Below are positions 36,521 to 43,269 of a DNA stretch of 49,450 nucleotides, piece by piece. Origin of the DNA: a virus (lineage: Duplodnaviria > Caudoviricetes); the IMG/VR virus record IMGVR_UViG_3300010362_000024, positions 1 through 49,450 of that record. One strand, written 5' to 3'. Position numbers and translations under genes: made by a program. The notes below the pieces were generated by a model. It did no database searches, had not been told where the DNA came from, and was given only the letters and a program-made list of their open reading frames with translations. Position 1 is the first letter of the stretch; the number at the start of each line of letters is the position of its first letter.

Positions 36521-36538
36521 TCGCTCCTTGCTTGCGCT

Positions 36539-36601
36539 TAGCCTGTCTCGTCAGCGGTGAGAGGCTACCTCACCGGACCGCACAAACTGTGCGGTTTCGA
36601 C
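36539..36601 (-). ncRNA. Type II hammerhead ribozyme HHR10
   Basis: GUC-GAAA-CCGCACA(GUU)UGUGCGG-UC^-CGGUGAG(GUAGCCU)CUCACCG-CUGACGA-GAC; loop UAGCCU / tail AGGCUA; cut 36576|36575. Confidence 0.92.
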
Positions 36602-36877
36602 TCACAACACCTCCAGGAGACGACGTAGTACATCCTTGGCAACCTGCTCAGGCAGGTCGTCAATGTCAAACAAGTACGTGCGCCGTTTGATGCCCAAGTC
36701 ACCGCTACGCAGGAGAATCCTGCCAGACATCCAGACGGATGTCGCGGACTTGATGCTGATCTTGTCAACGCTGATCTCGATGTCACTCTCCCCATAGGGT
36801 TCCATGACAACGAAACGCTCGCTGTCGAGCAGGTCGATGTCGATCACCAACATGGTGCTGATCTTCAATGCCATCAT
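36602..36877 (-). CDS. Hypothetical protein
   Basis: Start MMALKIS after AAGGAGCGA; TGA abuts HHR10. Confidence 0.65.
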   Translation of the reverse strand: MMALKISTMLVIDIDLLDSERFVVMEPYGESDIEISVDKISIKSATSVWMSGRILLRSGDLGIKRRTYLFDIDDLPEQVAKDVLRRLLEVL

Positions 36878-36884
36878 TCGCTCC

Positions 36885-36948
36885 TTTGCCTGTCTCATCA
36901 GTCACGAGCGGCAAACCTCGTGAGACCCACTTGTCAGTGGGTTTCGAC
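36885..36948 (-). ncRNA. Type II hammerhead ribozyme HHR11
   Basis: GUC-GAAA-CCCAC..GUGGG-UC^-UCACGAG(GUUUGCCG)CUCGUGA-CUGAUGA-GAC; loop UUUGCC / tail GGCAAA; cut 36924|36923. Confidence 0.92.
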
Positions 36949-37122
36949 ACTCTCCAGGTCCAGCAGGTCACCAGCACCGGTGAAGGTGCCGGCCCATCCG
37001 ATGCCATCGACCCAGCGCCACACCATCTGCGTGGCAAACTCAGCCGGGCAGCCCTGCCTCGTCACGACTGACTCCCACATGTGGGCGCCAATCGCGCAGA
37101 GGAACCATACGGTGAACTCCAT
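36934..37122 (-). CDS. Hypothetical protein
   Basis: 62 aa; AAGGAGCGAA RBS; ends VETH* inside HHR11. Confidence 0.55.
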   Translation of the reverse strand: MEFTVWFLCAIGAHMWESVVTRQGCPAEFATQMVWRWVDGIGWAGTFTGAGDLLDLESVETH

Positions 37123-37133
37123 TGCTTCGCTCC

Positions 37134-37199
37134 TTGGTTTGTCTCATCAGCGGCAGGGTAACCAACCCCACCGGACCGCACTGGCTGTGCGGTTTCGAC
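37134..37199 (-). ncRNA. Type II hammerhead ribozyme HHR12
   Basis: GUC-GAAA-CCGCAC(AGCCA)GUGCGG-UC^-CGGUGGGG..CCCUGCCG-CUGAUGA-GAC; loop UUGGUU / tail AACCAA; cut 37174|37173. Confidence 0.88.
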
Positions 37200-37201
37200 G
37201 T

Positions 37202-37471
37202 TCAGGCTGCCGCCTCATCAGCGTCGTGGAGACGCTTGACCGCAGCCTTGGAGATGCCGTACTTGGCGGCGATGGCCGCCCAGGCGATGCCCTGCGCACG
37301 CTCCTTGCGCACCCGGCTGGTCGTGGCCTTGACCTTGACGACCTTGGTGGTGGCGCGGAGGTAGTGCTTGTACGCGGTCAGCGGGTGGCAACCCACGGCC
37401 TCACCGATCTCAGGCCAGGTCTTGCCATCCACGTCACGCATCTCGATGATGGTGTCAACGTTCAGTTCCAT
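37202..37471 (-). CDS. Double-HTH DNA-binding protein (89 aa)
   Basis: Start MELNVD at 37471; 'KTWPEIGEAVGCHPLTAYKHY' and 'IAWAAIAAKYGISKAAVKRL'; paralogous to 37560-37811. Confidence 0.7.
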   Translation of the reverse strand: MELNVDTIIEMRDVDGKTWPEIGEAVGCHPLTAYKHYLRATTKVVKVKATTSRVRKERAQGIAWAAIAAKYGISKAAVKRLHDADEAAA

Positions 37472-37494
37472 TGCTTGCTTTCTCTCTTTCGTTG

Positions 37495-37559
37495 TCGCCT
37501 GTCTCGTCAGTACTGGATGGCGAATCCCAGTAGACCCCACAAATCCGTGGGGTTTCGAC
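37495..37559 (-). ncRNA. Type II hammerhead ribozyme HHR13
   Basis: GUC-GAAA-CCCCAC..GUGGGG-UC^-UACUGG(GAUUCGCCAU)CCAGUA-CUGACGA-GAC; loop UCGCC / tail GGCGA; cut 37533|37532. Confidence 0.92.
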
Positions 37560-37811
37560 TCAAGCCGCCTCAGCGTACAACTCCTTGACGACCTTCTTGC
37601 TCGTGCCGTACCGCGCAGCGATACGGCCCCAAGCCGTGCCGTTGTCACGGTCACGGCGGACACGCGTCACCGTGGCGGACTGTCCGATGTTCTCGGTGGC
37701 TCGCATGTAATAGCGGCGCACCGTGACCGGATGCAGACCGTAGAGGTCAGCAATCTCCTTGATGGAGTAGCCATCCTCGTGCATGGTGACGATGTTCTTG
37801 AACTCGCTCAT
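37560..37811 (-). CDS. Double-HTH DNA-binding protein (83 aa)
   Basis: Start MSEFKN at 37811; 'YSIKEIADLYGLHPVTVRRYY' and 'TAWGRIAARYGTSKKVVKEL'. Confidence 0.7.
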   Translation of the reverse strand: MSEFKNIVTMHEDGYSIKEIADLYGLHPVTVRRYYMRATENIGQSATVTRVRRDRDNGTAWGRIAARYGTSKKVVKELYAEAA

Positions 37812-37831
37812 TTCACTGGTTCCATTCTTTC

Positions 37832-37896
37832 TTGTCTGTCTCGTCAGCGGTGGGCGACAAACCCCACCGGACCCCATTGACTACTGGGGTTTCGAC
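37832..37896 (-). ncRNA. Type II hammerhead ribozyme HHR14
   Basis: GUC-GAAA-CCCCA..UGGGG-UC^-CGGUGGG(GUUUGUCG)CCCACCG-CUGACGA-GAC; loop UUGUC / tail GACAA; cut 37870|37869. Confidence 0.9.
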
Positions 37897-38072
37897 TTGT
37901 TCGACCGCAGCACAGCCTCATGCTTGGCATCGCGGCGGCTCATCGAGCAGCCGGTACACCAGACGGTCTTGTTCTTGGGGCTCACACGGCGGCAGTCAAA
38001 CTCACCGCCACCGCAGAACCACTTGCCTCGCGGCACTTGCCTCATAGGCTTGCCGCGCTTGGGCTTCAACAT
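37881..38072 (-). CDS. Small basic Cys-rich protein (63 aa); first gene of the early operon
   Basis: MLKPKRGK... after an AAGGAG RBS; C-x6-C...CxxC; stop lies inside HHR14 stem III. Confidence 0.6.
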   Translation of the reverse strand: MLKPKRGKPMRQVPRGKWFCGGGEFDCRRVSPKNKTVWCTGCSMSRRDAKHEAVLRSNKSKPQ

Positions 38073-38081
38073 TCGTGCTCC

Positions 38082-38195
38082 TTGGTGACTCATCAGGGCA
38101 GGGTACCAATCCTTGCCAACCTGGGTGCCATCGGCGTTGCTTCAATGAGGGGCAACGCGCCCAGCGGGGTGACGAGCCCACCCCCAGGTTTCGGT
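38082..38195 (-). ncRNA. Variant type II hammerhead ribozyme HHR15 with an enlarged stem III insert
   Basis: C-GAAA-CCUGGG[~60 nt structured insert]CCCAGG-UU^-GGCAAGG(AUUGGUA)CCCUGCC-CUGAUGA-G; loop UUGGU / tail ACCAA; stem II reduced to about 1 bp; cut 38118|38117. Confidence 0.6.
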
Positions 38196-38198
38196 GAC

Positions 38199-38330
38199 CA
38201 TCGGTGCGGTTTCATTGAGTGAACGCACGCCCAGTCTGGAACGATTGTTGGAACGATTCGTTGCTCACGTTCATCGCAGTAGCGTCCACGGAGAGGCTAC
38301 TGACCCGTTCATCGATGCGGTTTCATTGAG
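38199..38330. repeat. 21-bp direct repeat pair flanking a tandem TGGAACGATT (candidate early promoter/operator)
   Basis: catcggtgcggtttcattgag (38199-38219) and catcgatgcggtttcattgag (38310-38330); tggaacgatt at 38237 and 38249. Confidence 0.6.
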
Positions 38331-38586
38331 GGAGACGCATGCCCGACCGTGAGCAACGTAGTGACGGATCGGCTTGACGTCCATCCCATCCTGCGCGGCG
38401 GACTCTGGGGAGTCCACGCATCGTGGGGGAGAGGTCAAGCACCACCCGCCGCACAATTCGTGCGGCCGAAGGTAGCCCAAGCGTCAGAAGTGGCCCAGAT
38501 TCCCATCGTTTCCGCACCGCCCGTTACTTGCCAGCCCCTACTGGGGTCCCATTTGGGACGTCTTCAGGAGTCATCGTCCGCACATA

Positions 38587-38823
38587 ATCCCCACACTTTC
38601 GTGGGGTAGGGGTGGGAGCCAGACGACTGCGGCTTTCACGGCTGCGGCGGTTTCGGCGTCGCTTATCCCCACACTTTCGTGGGGTAGGGGCGACGCGCCG
38701 ACCTTCTTGGGAGCCGAGACTGCGGAATCTGTGCGATTCATCCGCTATCGCTACCGGCCGTCATCACCCTACGGCGCAAGTCTGGGGCCGTTCCCTGGGG
38801 GTTTCCCCCACACTTTCGTGGGG
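38587..38823. repeat. Three copies of the hairpin repeat CCCCACACTTTCGTGGGG
   Basis: atccccacactttcgtggggtagggg at 38587-38612 and 38665-38690; core copy at 38806-38823. Confidence 0.8.
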
Positions 38824-39082
38824 TTCCTCCCAGGACCGCTCCGGCGCTTCCCAGCGCCGTCGATCCCCACAACGTACTGCAGCCCGCAGGGTACCGCACC
38901 GAGCACACCGAAACCTGAAGTTGTCAGAAAGTTGTGCTCCTACCTGCAGCGGAGGATGGAAGAATGCCACGATCGTTGTGACCCCATCTGACGTGCGGTT
39001 TCGCACAGATTCGTGGGGGATATGGGCGCACGTCCAAACCTCGGCCGATCCCCACGAAACGCACAGAACTGTGCGGTTCATC

Positions 39083-39589
39083 GAACCCCACTCGTTTATG
39101 GGAACCCCACGAGTCTGTGCTGCCCGGTGGATAGGTAGGTTACCTACCCATTTCGGGCGAACCCCATCCGTTTATGGGAACCCCACCAGAACGTGGGGTC
39201 GCGATCGACGTTTCCCCACCATCCTCGAGGTTTCCGCACGTCAGAGTGGGTTTCTGGGGTTTCGGCTCCCAGCCGGCCACTGTTTCCGCACTTCAAGTGG
39301 GACACGTGCGTGACGACGTGCGGCTTTCTAGCCTCGTGGGCCTCTCGTGGGCCGTCGTGCCCGACAACCCCACTTCGGCACGGACCCCTGGGATCGGCCG
39401 GAAATCTGACGTGCGGCCCCACTGCAAACCCACGTCGCCCCAGAGACGGGTCACCGTCCGCGGCGATCCCTGGGCCCTACGTGCGCCACTCGTGGGCTAC
39501 GGTGCGGCTTCAACCACAGACCCCACCCGCTAGTGCGGTCGGGTGGGCCTTGTCCACCGAGTGGGTTGTATAGGTAGCCTACCTATCCA
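39083..39589. repeat. Nested direct and inverted repeats in the large non-coding region
   Basis: gaacccca-nn-cgtttatgggaacccc at 39083 and 39159 flank the palindrome ggtaggttacctacc (39134-39148); tggataggtaggttaccta (39128-39146) recurs inverted with one mismatch at 39571-39589. Confidence 0.65.
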
Positions 39590-39606
39590 ATTGGCCACGA
39601 AACCCA

Positions 39607-40173
39607 CTAGTTTGTGCGCCACTCCGCAAACACCGCACGATACGTGCAAAGAATGTCCTCAACATCATCCGCCGGACAAGCCCGCAACTCCGGGGGCAAG
39701 TCAGGACGCTCAATGCGCTCCCCAGCAAACCGCACACCCGTAAGGGTTTCCCAGCCAAGCCTGACACCAGCATGGAGGTACACGCTCATCGGCTCATGCC
39801 CAAGAAACGCACCAATCCGCACAGCAACGTCATACGTGGTGACCGGCCCGATGCCCGGCCCACCACAGGACCGCACAAGGTCGTGCAACTCATCAAAGTT
39901 GCGGCACGCCCGTGCCGACACGTACTTGTCCGTCAACCGCACAGATAGCGCATGCAAAGCGCGCCTGGGAACGCGACTCTGATGGTTGTGCATCTTGCCG
40001 CGGTCATCGCGTGAGCGACAAGCACGCACAACGGCTGTGCGGTACGTTGGCGCTGTGCGGGCATACTCGACCACCCTGTCACGACGGCTGGGCGGGAAAC
40101 GGGTGTAGAAGTCATCGACCACCTCACCCAACGTCCGCAGCACAACGCCATTCAACTCGCGCTTGACGTCCAT
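39607..40173 (-). CDS. Helix-hairpin-helix-fold hypothetical protein (possible DNA base-processing/modifying enzyme)
   Basis: 'PGIGPVTTYDVAVRIG' HhH motif plus 'HNHQSR', 'VYLHAG' and 'EDILC'; TGATG-coupled to the endolysin. Confidence 0.55.
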   Translation of the reverse strand: MDVKRELNGVVLRTLGEVVDDFYTRFPPSRRDRVVEYARTAPTYRTAVVRACRSRDDRGKMHNHQSRVPRRALHALSVRLTDKYVSARACRNFDELHDLVRSCGGPGIGPVTTYDVAVRIGAFLGHEPMSVYLHAGVRLGWETLTGVRFAGERIERPDLPPELRACPADDVEDILCTYRAVFAEWRTN

Positions 40174-41033
40174 CAGGCAGGGCTGCTGATCTGTCCACCC
40201 AACTTGTCAGGGCCACTCCACTTGCCACCGATGAACCACCAGTGCCACAGCGAGTTGTCATCGGCCCTGGCGAACACGTCCAACTGCTTGCTGGCAGGCG
40301 CCAGTTGAAACTCACCCTTGACCGGCTTGCTCTGACCGGGCAACTGCGACCATCCGCTCCACTTGCCCACAGAAGTGTTCCAATGATTGCTGTAGAGAGT
40401 GCCATCCGTGCCACGCACAACCGAAACACAGAATGCCTCTTCAAGCCATTGCGCACCCAATTGCTCTGCCACGTCAATCCCTCCAATGCTTCTTGTTGCC
40501 GGCGGACCACCCTGCAGAACCCCAGCAACTTGCTGCCGCATAAGGCTCATCGGCCAGTCGCGGATGTCAATCTTGCGGTTGGGCGCCCACTCATTGTGGC
40601 CGCAGACCATTGGGAAGTCGAAGTCGCCAAGCCGGCAATAGGCCGCGTTGACCTTTGGGTATGCCTCATGTTGGGCTGGCGTCCAATCGCCATCACCGCC
40701 ACATTCTGCCTCGGTGCCGAACACTGAACTGTTCCCAGACAAGCCCTGCCACCCACCTTCACCAGCGTGGTTGGCTCGACCCGCGGCAACAACCACGGCA
40801 ATGCCGTTGCGATCCAAGTACGTGTTGGCCAGCGGACCAGGCAAGTCAGGACGACCATTCACCACCGTGTTGAGCGACGGCCGACCAGTGGCGTCCCTGG
40901 GCCCACCCGTCCAATGACAGACGGCCCCACGAGGATCAAACGAGTCACTGCCGCGCGTCGTCCAACCTTGGTACTCTTCAACCTGCAAGCCCTCAGCACG
41001 CAGCGCGTTGGCCAAGCCAGTAGCACGGCCCAT
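40173..41033 (-). CDS. Endolysin: N-acetylmuramoyl-L-alanine amidase (Amidase_2) with a C-terminal beta-propeller lectin-like repeat domain
   Basis: 'CHWTG', 'GRPDLPGPLAN', 'GRANHAG', 'GTEAE', 'GHNEWAPNRKID'; C-terminal 'VRGTDGTLY...WSGW..LPG' and 'LDVFARADDNSLWH...W...LGG' repeats. Confidence 0.9.
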   Translation of the reverse strand: MGRATGLANALRAEGLQVEEYQGWTTRGSDSFDPRGAVCHWTGGPRDATGRPSLNTVVNGRPDLPGPLANTYLDRNGIAVVVAAGRANHAGEGGWQGLSGNSSVFGTEAECGGDGDWTPAQHEAYPKVNAAYCRLGDFDFPMVCGHNEWAPNRKIDIRDWPMSLMRQQVAGVLQGGPPATRSIGGIDVAEQLGAQWLEEAFCVSVVRGTDGTLYSNHWNTSVGKWSGWSQLPGQSKPVKGEFQLAPASKQLDVFARADDNSLWHWWFIGGKWSGPDKLGGQISSPA

Positions 41034-41149
41034 CAGGCTTGACCCTCTTCACGGTACTCCTCATCAGGCGTGTGGTCAGGGTCAAAGGCATCAGGGTCAT
41101 CGTCAGGGTCACCAGCGTGACCTTCCAACAGATCATCGTCATCTCTCAT
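41033..41149 (-). CDS. Small acidic protein (38 aa)
   Basis: MRDDDDLLEGHAGDPDDDPDAFDPDHTPDEEYREEGQA; AAGGAG RBS; TGATG-coupled to the endolysin. Confidence 0.55.
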   Translation of the reverse strand: MRDDDDLLEGHAGDPDDDPDAFDPDHTPDEEYREEGQA

Positions 41150-41179
41150 GATTGCTCCTTTCCGCGACGGAGCCTACCC

Positions 41180-42190
41180 CTAGCCCGTACTTGTTATCTG
41201 GAGTGTCCAGTTCTGCGTCTCCATATATGCGTCCCCATAGCAACCAAGCCCACATTGCCCACTGTCACGTATGGCCAAGATGAGCGAAGGCGGTATTGGA
41301 AGCCATGCCGTCTGACTGACTGCGAGATCACCAACACGCCCTTGGAACGCAACCGCAGGTTGACCTGCAGGGATGGTGGGGTGAGCATGAACACCAACAT
41401 ACAACGGTTGGGCCCCATAGATGCCAATCCCGCTGATCCTTGTGACCAGAATGGCGGCGCTGTTGACAGTCCGCCCAGCCAAGGAAGATCGGATGGTGGC
41501 ATAATCATAGAGCGCAATCCCGGTGTACGGACCCCAGCCACTGGAACTGGCACCCTGCCAAATGTCAGACTTGGCCCAACCGCCTTGAGGTCGCCAAGAG
41601 CCAGCACCAAGCACAACATACTGATCGGTGCGCGTCGTCGGAGTTGTCGGAGGCGGCGGCGGTGGCGGTGGCGGGGCAGGCGGTGCCGTGGACAGGATGA
41701 ACTCAGGCTTGCCATCTGACTGGCCAGCGAGGTATGACGGGCCAGCGAATGTCAACAGCCACGGCATGTATGACTGAACGACGGCCGCACCGCTGGCGCG
41801 CCGTGCCCACCACTGGAGTTCAATGGCCTGACCCTCCCACCCGACAGAGAATGGGTGTGCCCAAGTGAATCGTGCGATCCCTGCGCTGTTTGCTGGAACA
41901 GTCAGCGTGCTCGTTTGTATGCCTGAATACCGTTCCTTGATGTACACCTCACCAGGCGATGACGCGCCGGTCACGACGTAGCCTTCAGCCTGGATGACTC
42001 CATAGGCCGGTGCCAGCACGACTTTGCGGGCAACGAGCGTCCAACCAGCACTGACATCCACGATGTTGTTGAGCGCCCAACTGTCCACCACCACGGGCGG
42101 CATCTTGCTGCTGCGCTCCAAGCGTTCAATGCGATCACTGAGTGCTTGAAACTCATTGGGGATCGTCGGCGGCAGCACTGGGTCAGTCAT
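41180..42190 (-). CDS. Minor tail / receptor-binding protein
   Basis: Last tail gene; N-terminal coiled coil 'DRIERLER', poly-Pro linker, beta-rich C-terminal domain. Confidence 0.65.
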   Translation of the reverse strand: MTDPVLPPTIPNEFQALSDRIERLERSSKMPPVVVDSWALNNIVDVSAGWTLVARKVVLAPAYGVIQAEGYVVTGASSPGEVYIKERYSGIQTSTLTVPANSAGIARFTWAHPFSVGWEGQAIELQWWARRASGAAVVQSYMPWLLTFAGPSYLAGQSDGKPEFILSTAPPAPPPPPPPPPTTPTTRTDQYVVLGAGSWRPQGGWAKSDIWQGASSSGWGPYTGIALYDYATIRSSLAGRTVNSAAILVTRISGIGIYGAQPLYVGVHAHPTIPAGQPAVAFQGRVGDLAVSQTAWLPIPPSLILAIRDSGQCGLGCYGDAYMETQNWTLQITSTG

Positions 42191-42191
42191 G

Positions 42192-43268
42192 TCAGTGTCC
42201 AAACTCATCAAAGGCATTGAGTGACGCAGTACTGATGGTCACCATGTCCTTGCCGGTGTCATCAACCTCCACGTTGTACTCTGTGATGCGCATAGCCTTG
42301 TCCAAGGTGCACCAACCCAATTGAGCAGTCACCATGATGATGTCACCAGGAATGTATGACCCAATGGGCGGGTCATCACCGCGGCATGAGATGTTTGCTC
42401 CAGTGATTGGCGCTCGGCCACGGGCCACTCGACGCGCGGCCCAGTCAATGAGATTGTCCTTGGACCGATTGTCGCTCATACTGAGCACATCCTCGAACAA
42501 TGGGTAGCCAGACACCTCAGCATATGTCCCAATCATGGTGGACTCCGCATCACCTCCACCACGTGCATCACAACGCGAAGCCAGTGAAGTCGCATCAACG
42601 ACCACCTGCATGCCCTCGATATTGGTGCCCATGGCCAAGTGAATGCCGGTCGCTCGTCCAGTCGCTGGATAGGTGGTCGTGAACCGCTTATGGATCAAAC
42701 CATCATCCATATACTGAGCGACAAACCTGAAGTCAAAGCCGCCGCGCAGGTTCGCCAGGTCAACTATGGCGCCAGCAATCTCCTTGCGCTCATAGTCATA
42801 GTAGGTGCGATCACGTCCAATACCAGCGGCAATCGCACCGCTGACATCAACGCCATAGTTGGCGTTGCCACCTTCCTCGGTGGTGTAGTTGATCAGCGCC
42901 GCAGCAATCGTTGGACCAGTCACCTGGCTGAAGCCCAACGTCCTGCGCACAAACCTATGCCTGAACAACGACAGGTAGCCCTGCCCCTGTAGTTGTATAG
43001 TCCCACCACCCATGTCAGCATTGGCAGACCACAGCACGCCACCAAACACAGGCACATCATCGCGGACTATCAGAACGCCAGCATCACCAGGGGCAAGGTC
43101 ATTCATGGTGTACAACTGAACCCCATTGATCTCAGCCTGTAGAGGTGCAGTCATGTTGAACTTGCCCTCAGCGTTGAGGCTCTCACCGTATGAGCACCGC
43201 ATGGCTGGCACCTCACCAAGGATGGTGTCAGTCAGCAAATCGGTGTAGTAGTAGGTGTAGTTGGCCAT
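42192..43268 (-). CDS. Minor tail / baseplate hub protein (siphovirus gp37-like)
   Basis: Start MANYTYYY; 'FGGVLWS', 'GGFDF', 'YIPGD' pattern; synteny after Dit. Confidence 0.7.
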   Translation of the reverse strand: MANYTYYYTDLLTDTILGEVPAMRCSYGESLNAEGKFNMTAPLQAEINGVQLYTMNDLAPGDAGVLIVRDDVPVFGGVLWSANADMGGGTIQLQGQGYLSLFRHRFVRRTLGFSQVTGPTIAAALINYTTEEGGNANYGVDVSGAIAAGIGRDRTYYDYERKEIAGAIVDLANLRGGFDFRFVAQYMDDGLIHKRFTTTYPATGRATGIHLAMGTNIEGMQVVVDATSLASRCDARGGGDAESTMIGTYAEVSGYPLFEDVLSMSDNRSKDNLIDWAARRVARGRAPITGANISCRGDDPPIGSYIPGDIIMVTAQLGWCTLDKAMRITEYNVEVDDTGKDMVTISTASLNAFDEFGH

Positions 43269-43269
43269 A

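Noticed and set aside
33524-37877. Extended N-termini given by the ORF track (34273, 35396, 35463, 36898, 37663, 37877)
   Set aside because: These extensions run through the ribozymes. Proper SD-ATG starts lie just downstream of each ribozyme (34192, 35057, 35424, 36877, 37471, 37811).
31411-38195. Recurrent ctc(g/a)tcag...gtttcgac repeats read as a CRISPR array, integron attC sites, or simple promoters/terminators
   Set aside because: The intervening segments are whole genes of 0.25-1 kb. Only the hammerhead core bases are conserved while the stems co-vary. There are no U-tails, no cas operon and no integron integrase. The hammerhead model explains every conserved base.
38987-39080. Plus-strand CTGACGTG...CGAAAC-GCACAG-AA-CTGTGC as an antisense hammerhead
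   Set aside because: The core reads CUGACGU rather than CUGANGA, and no stem I or correctly placed NUH site can be built.
38271-39573. ORFs in the large intergenic region (38271-38480, 38612-39313, 38764-39081, 39144-39422)
   Set aside because: Low-complexity Arg/Pro/Gly translations of repeats, mostly non-ATG starts, and no convincing RBS.
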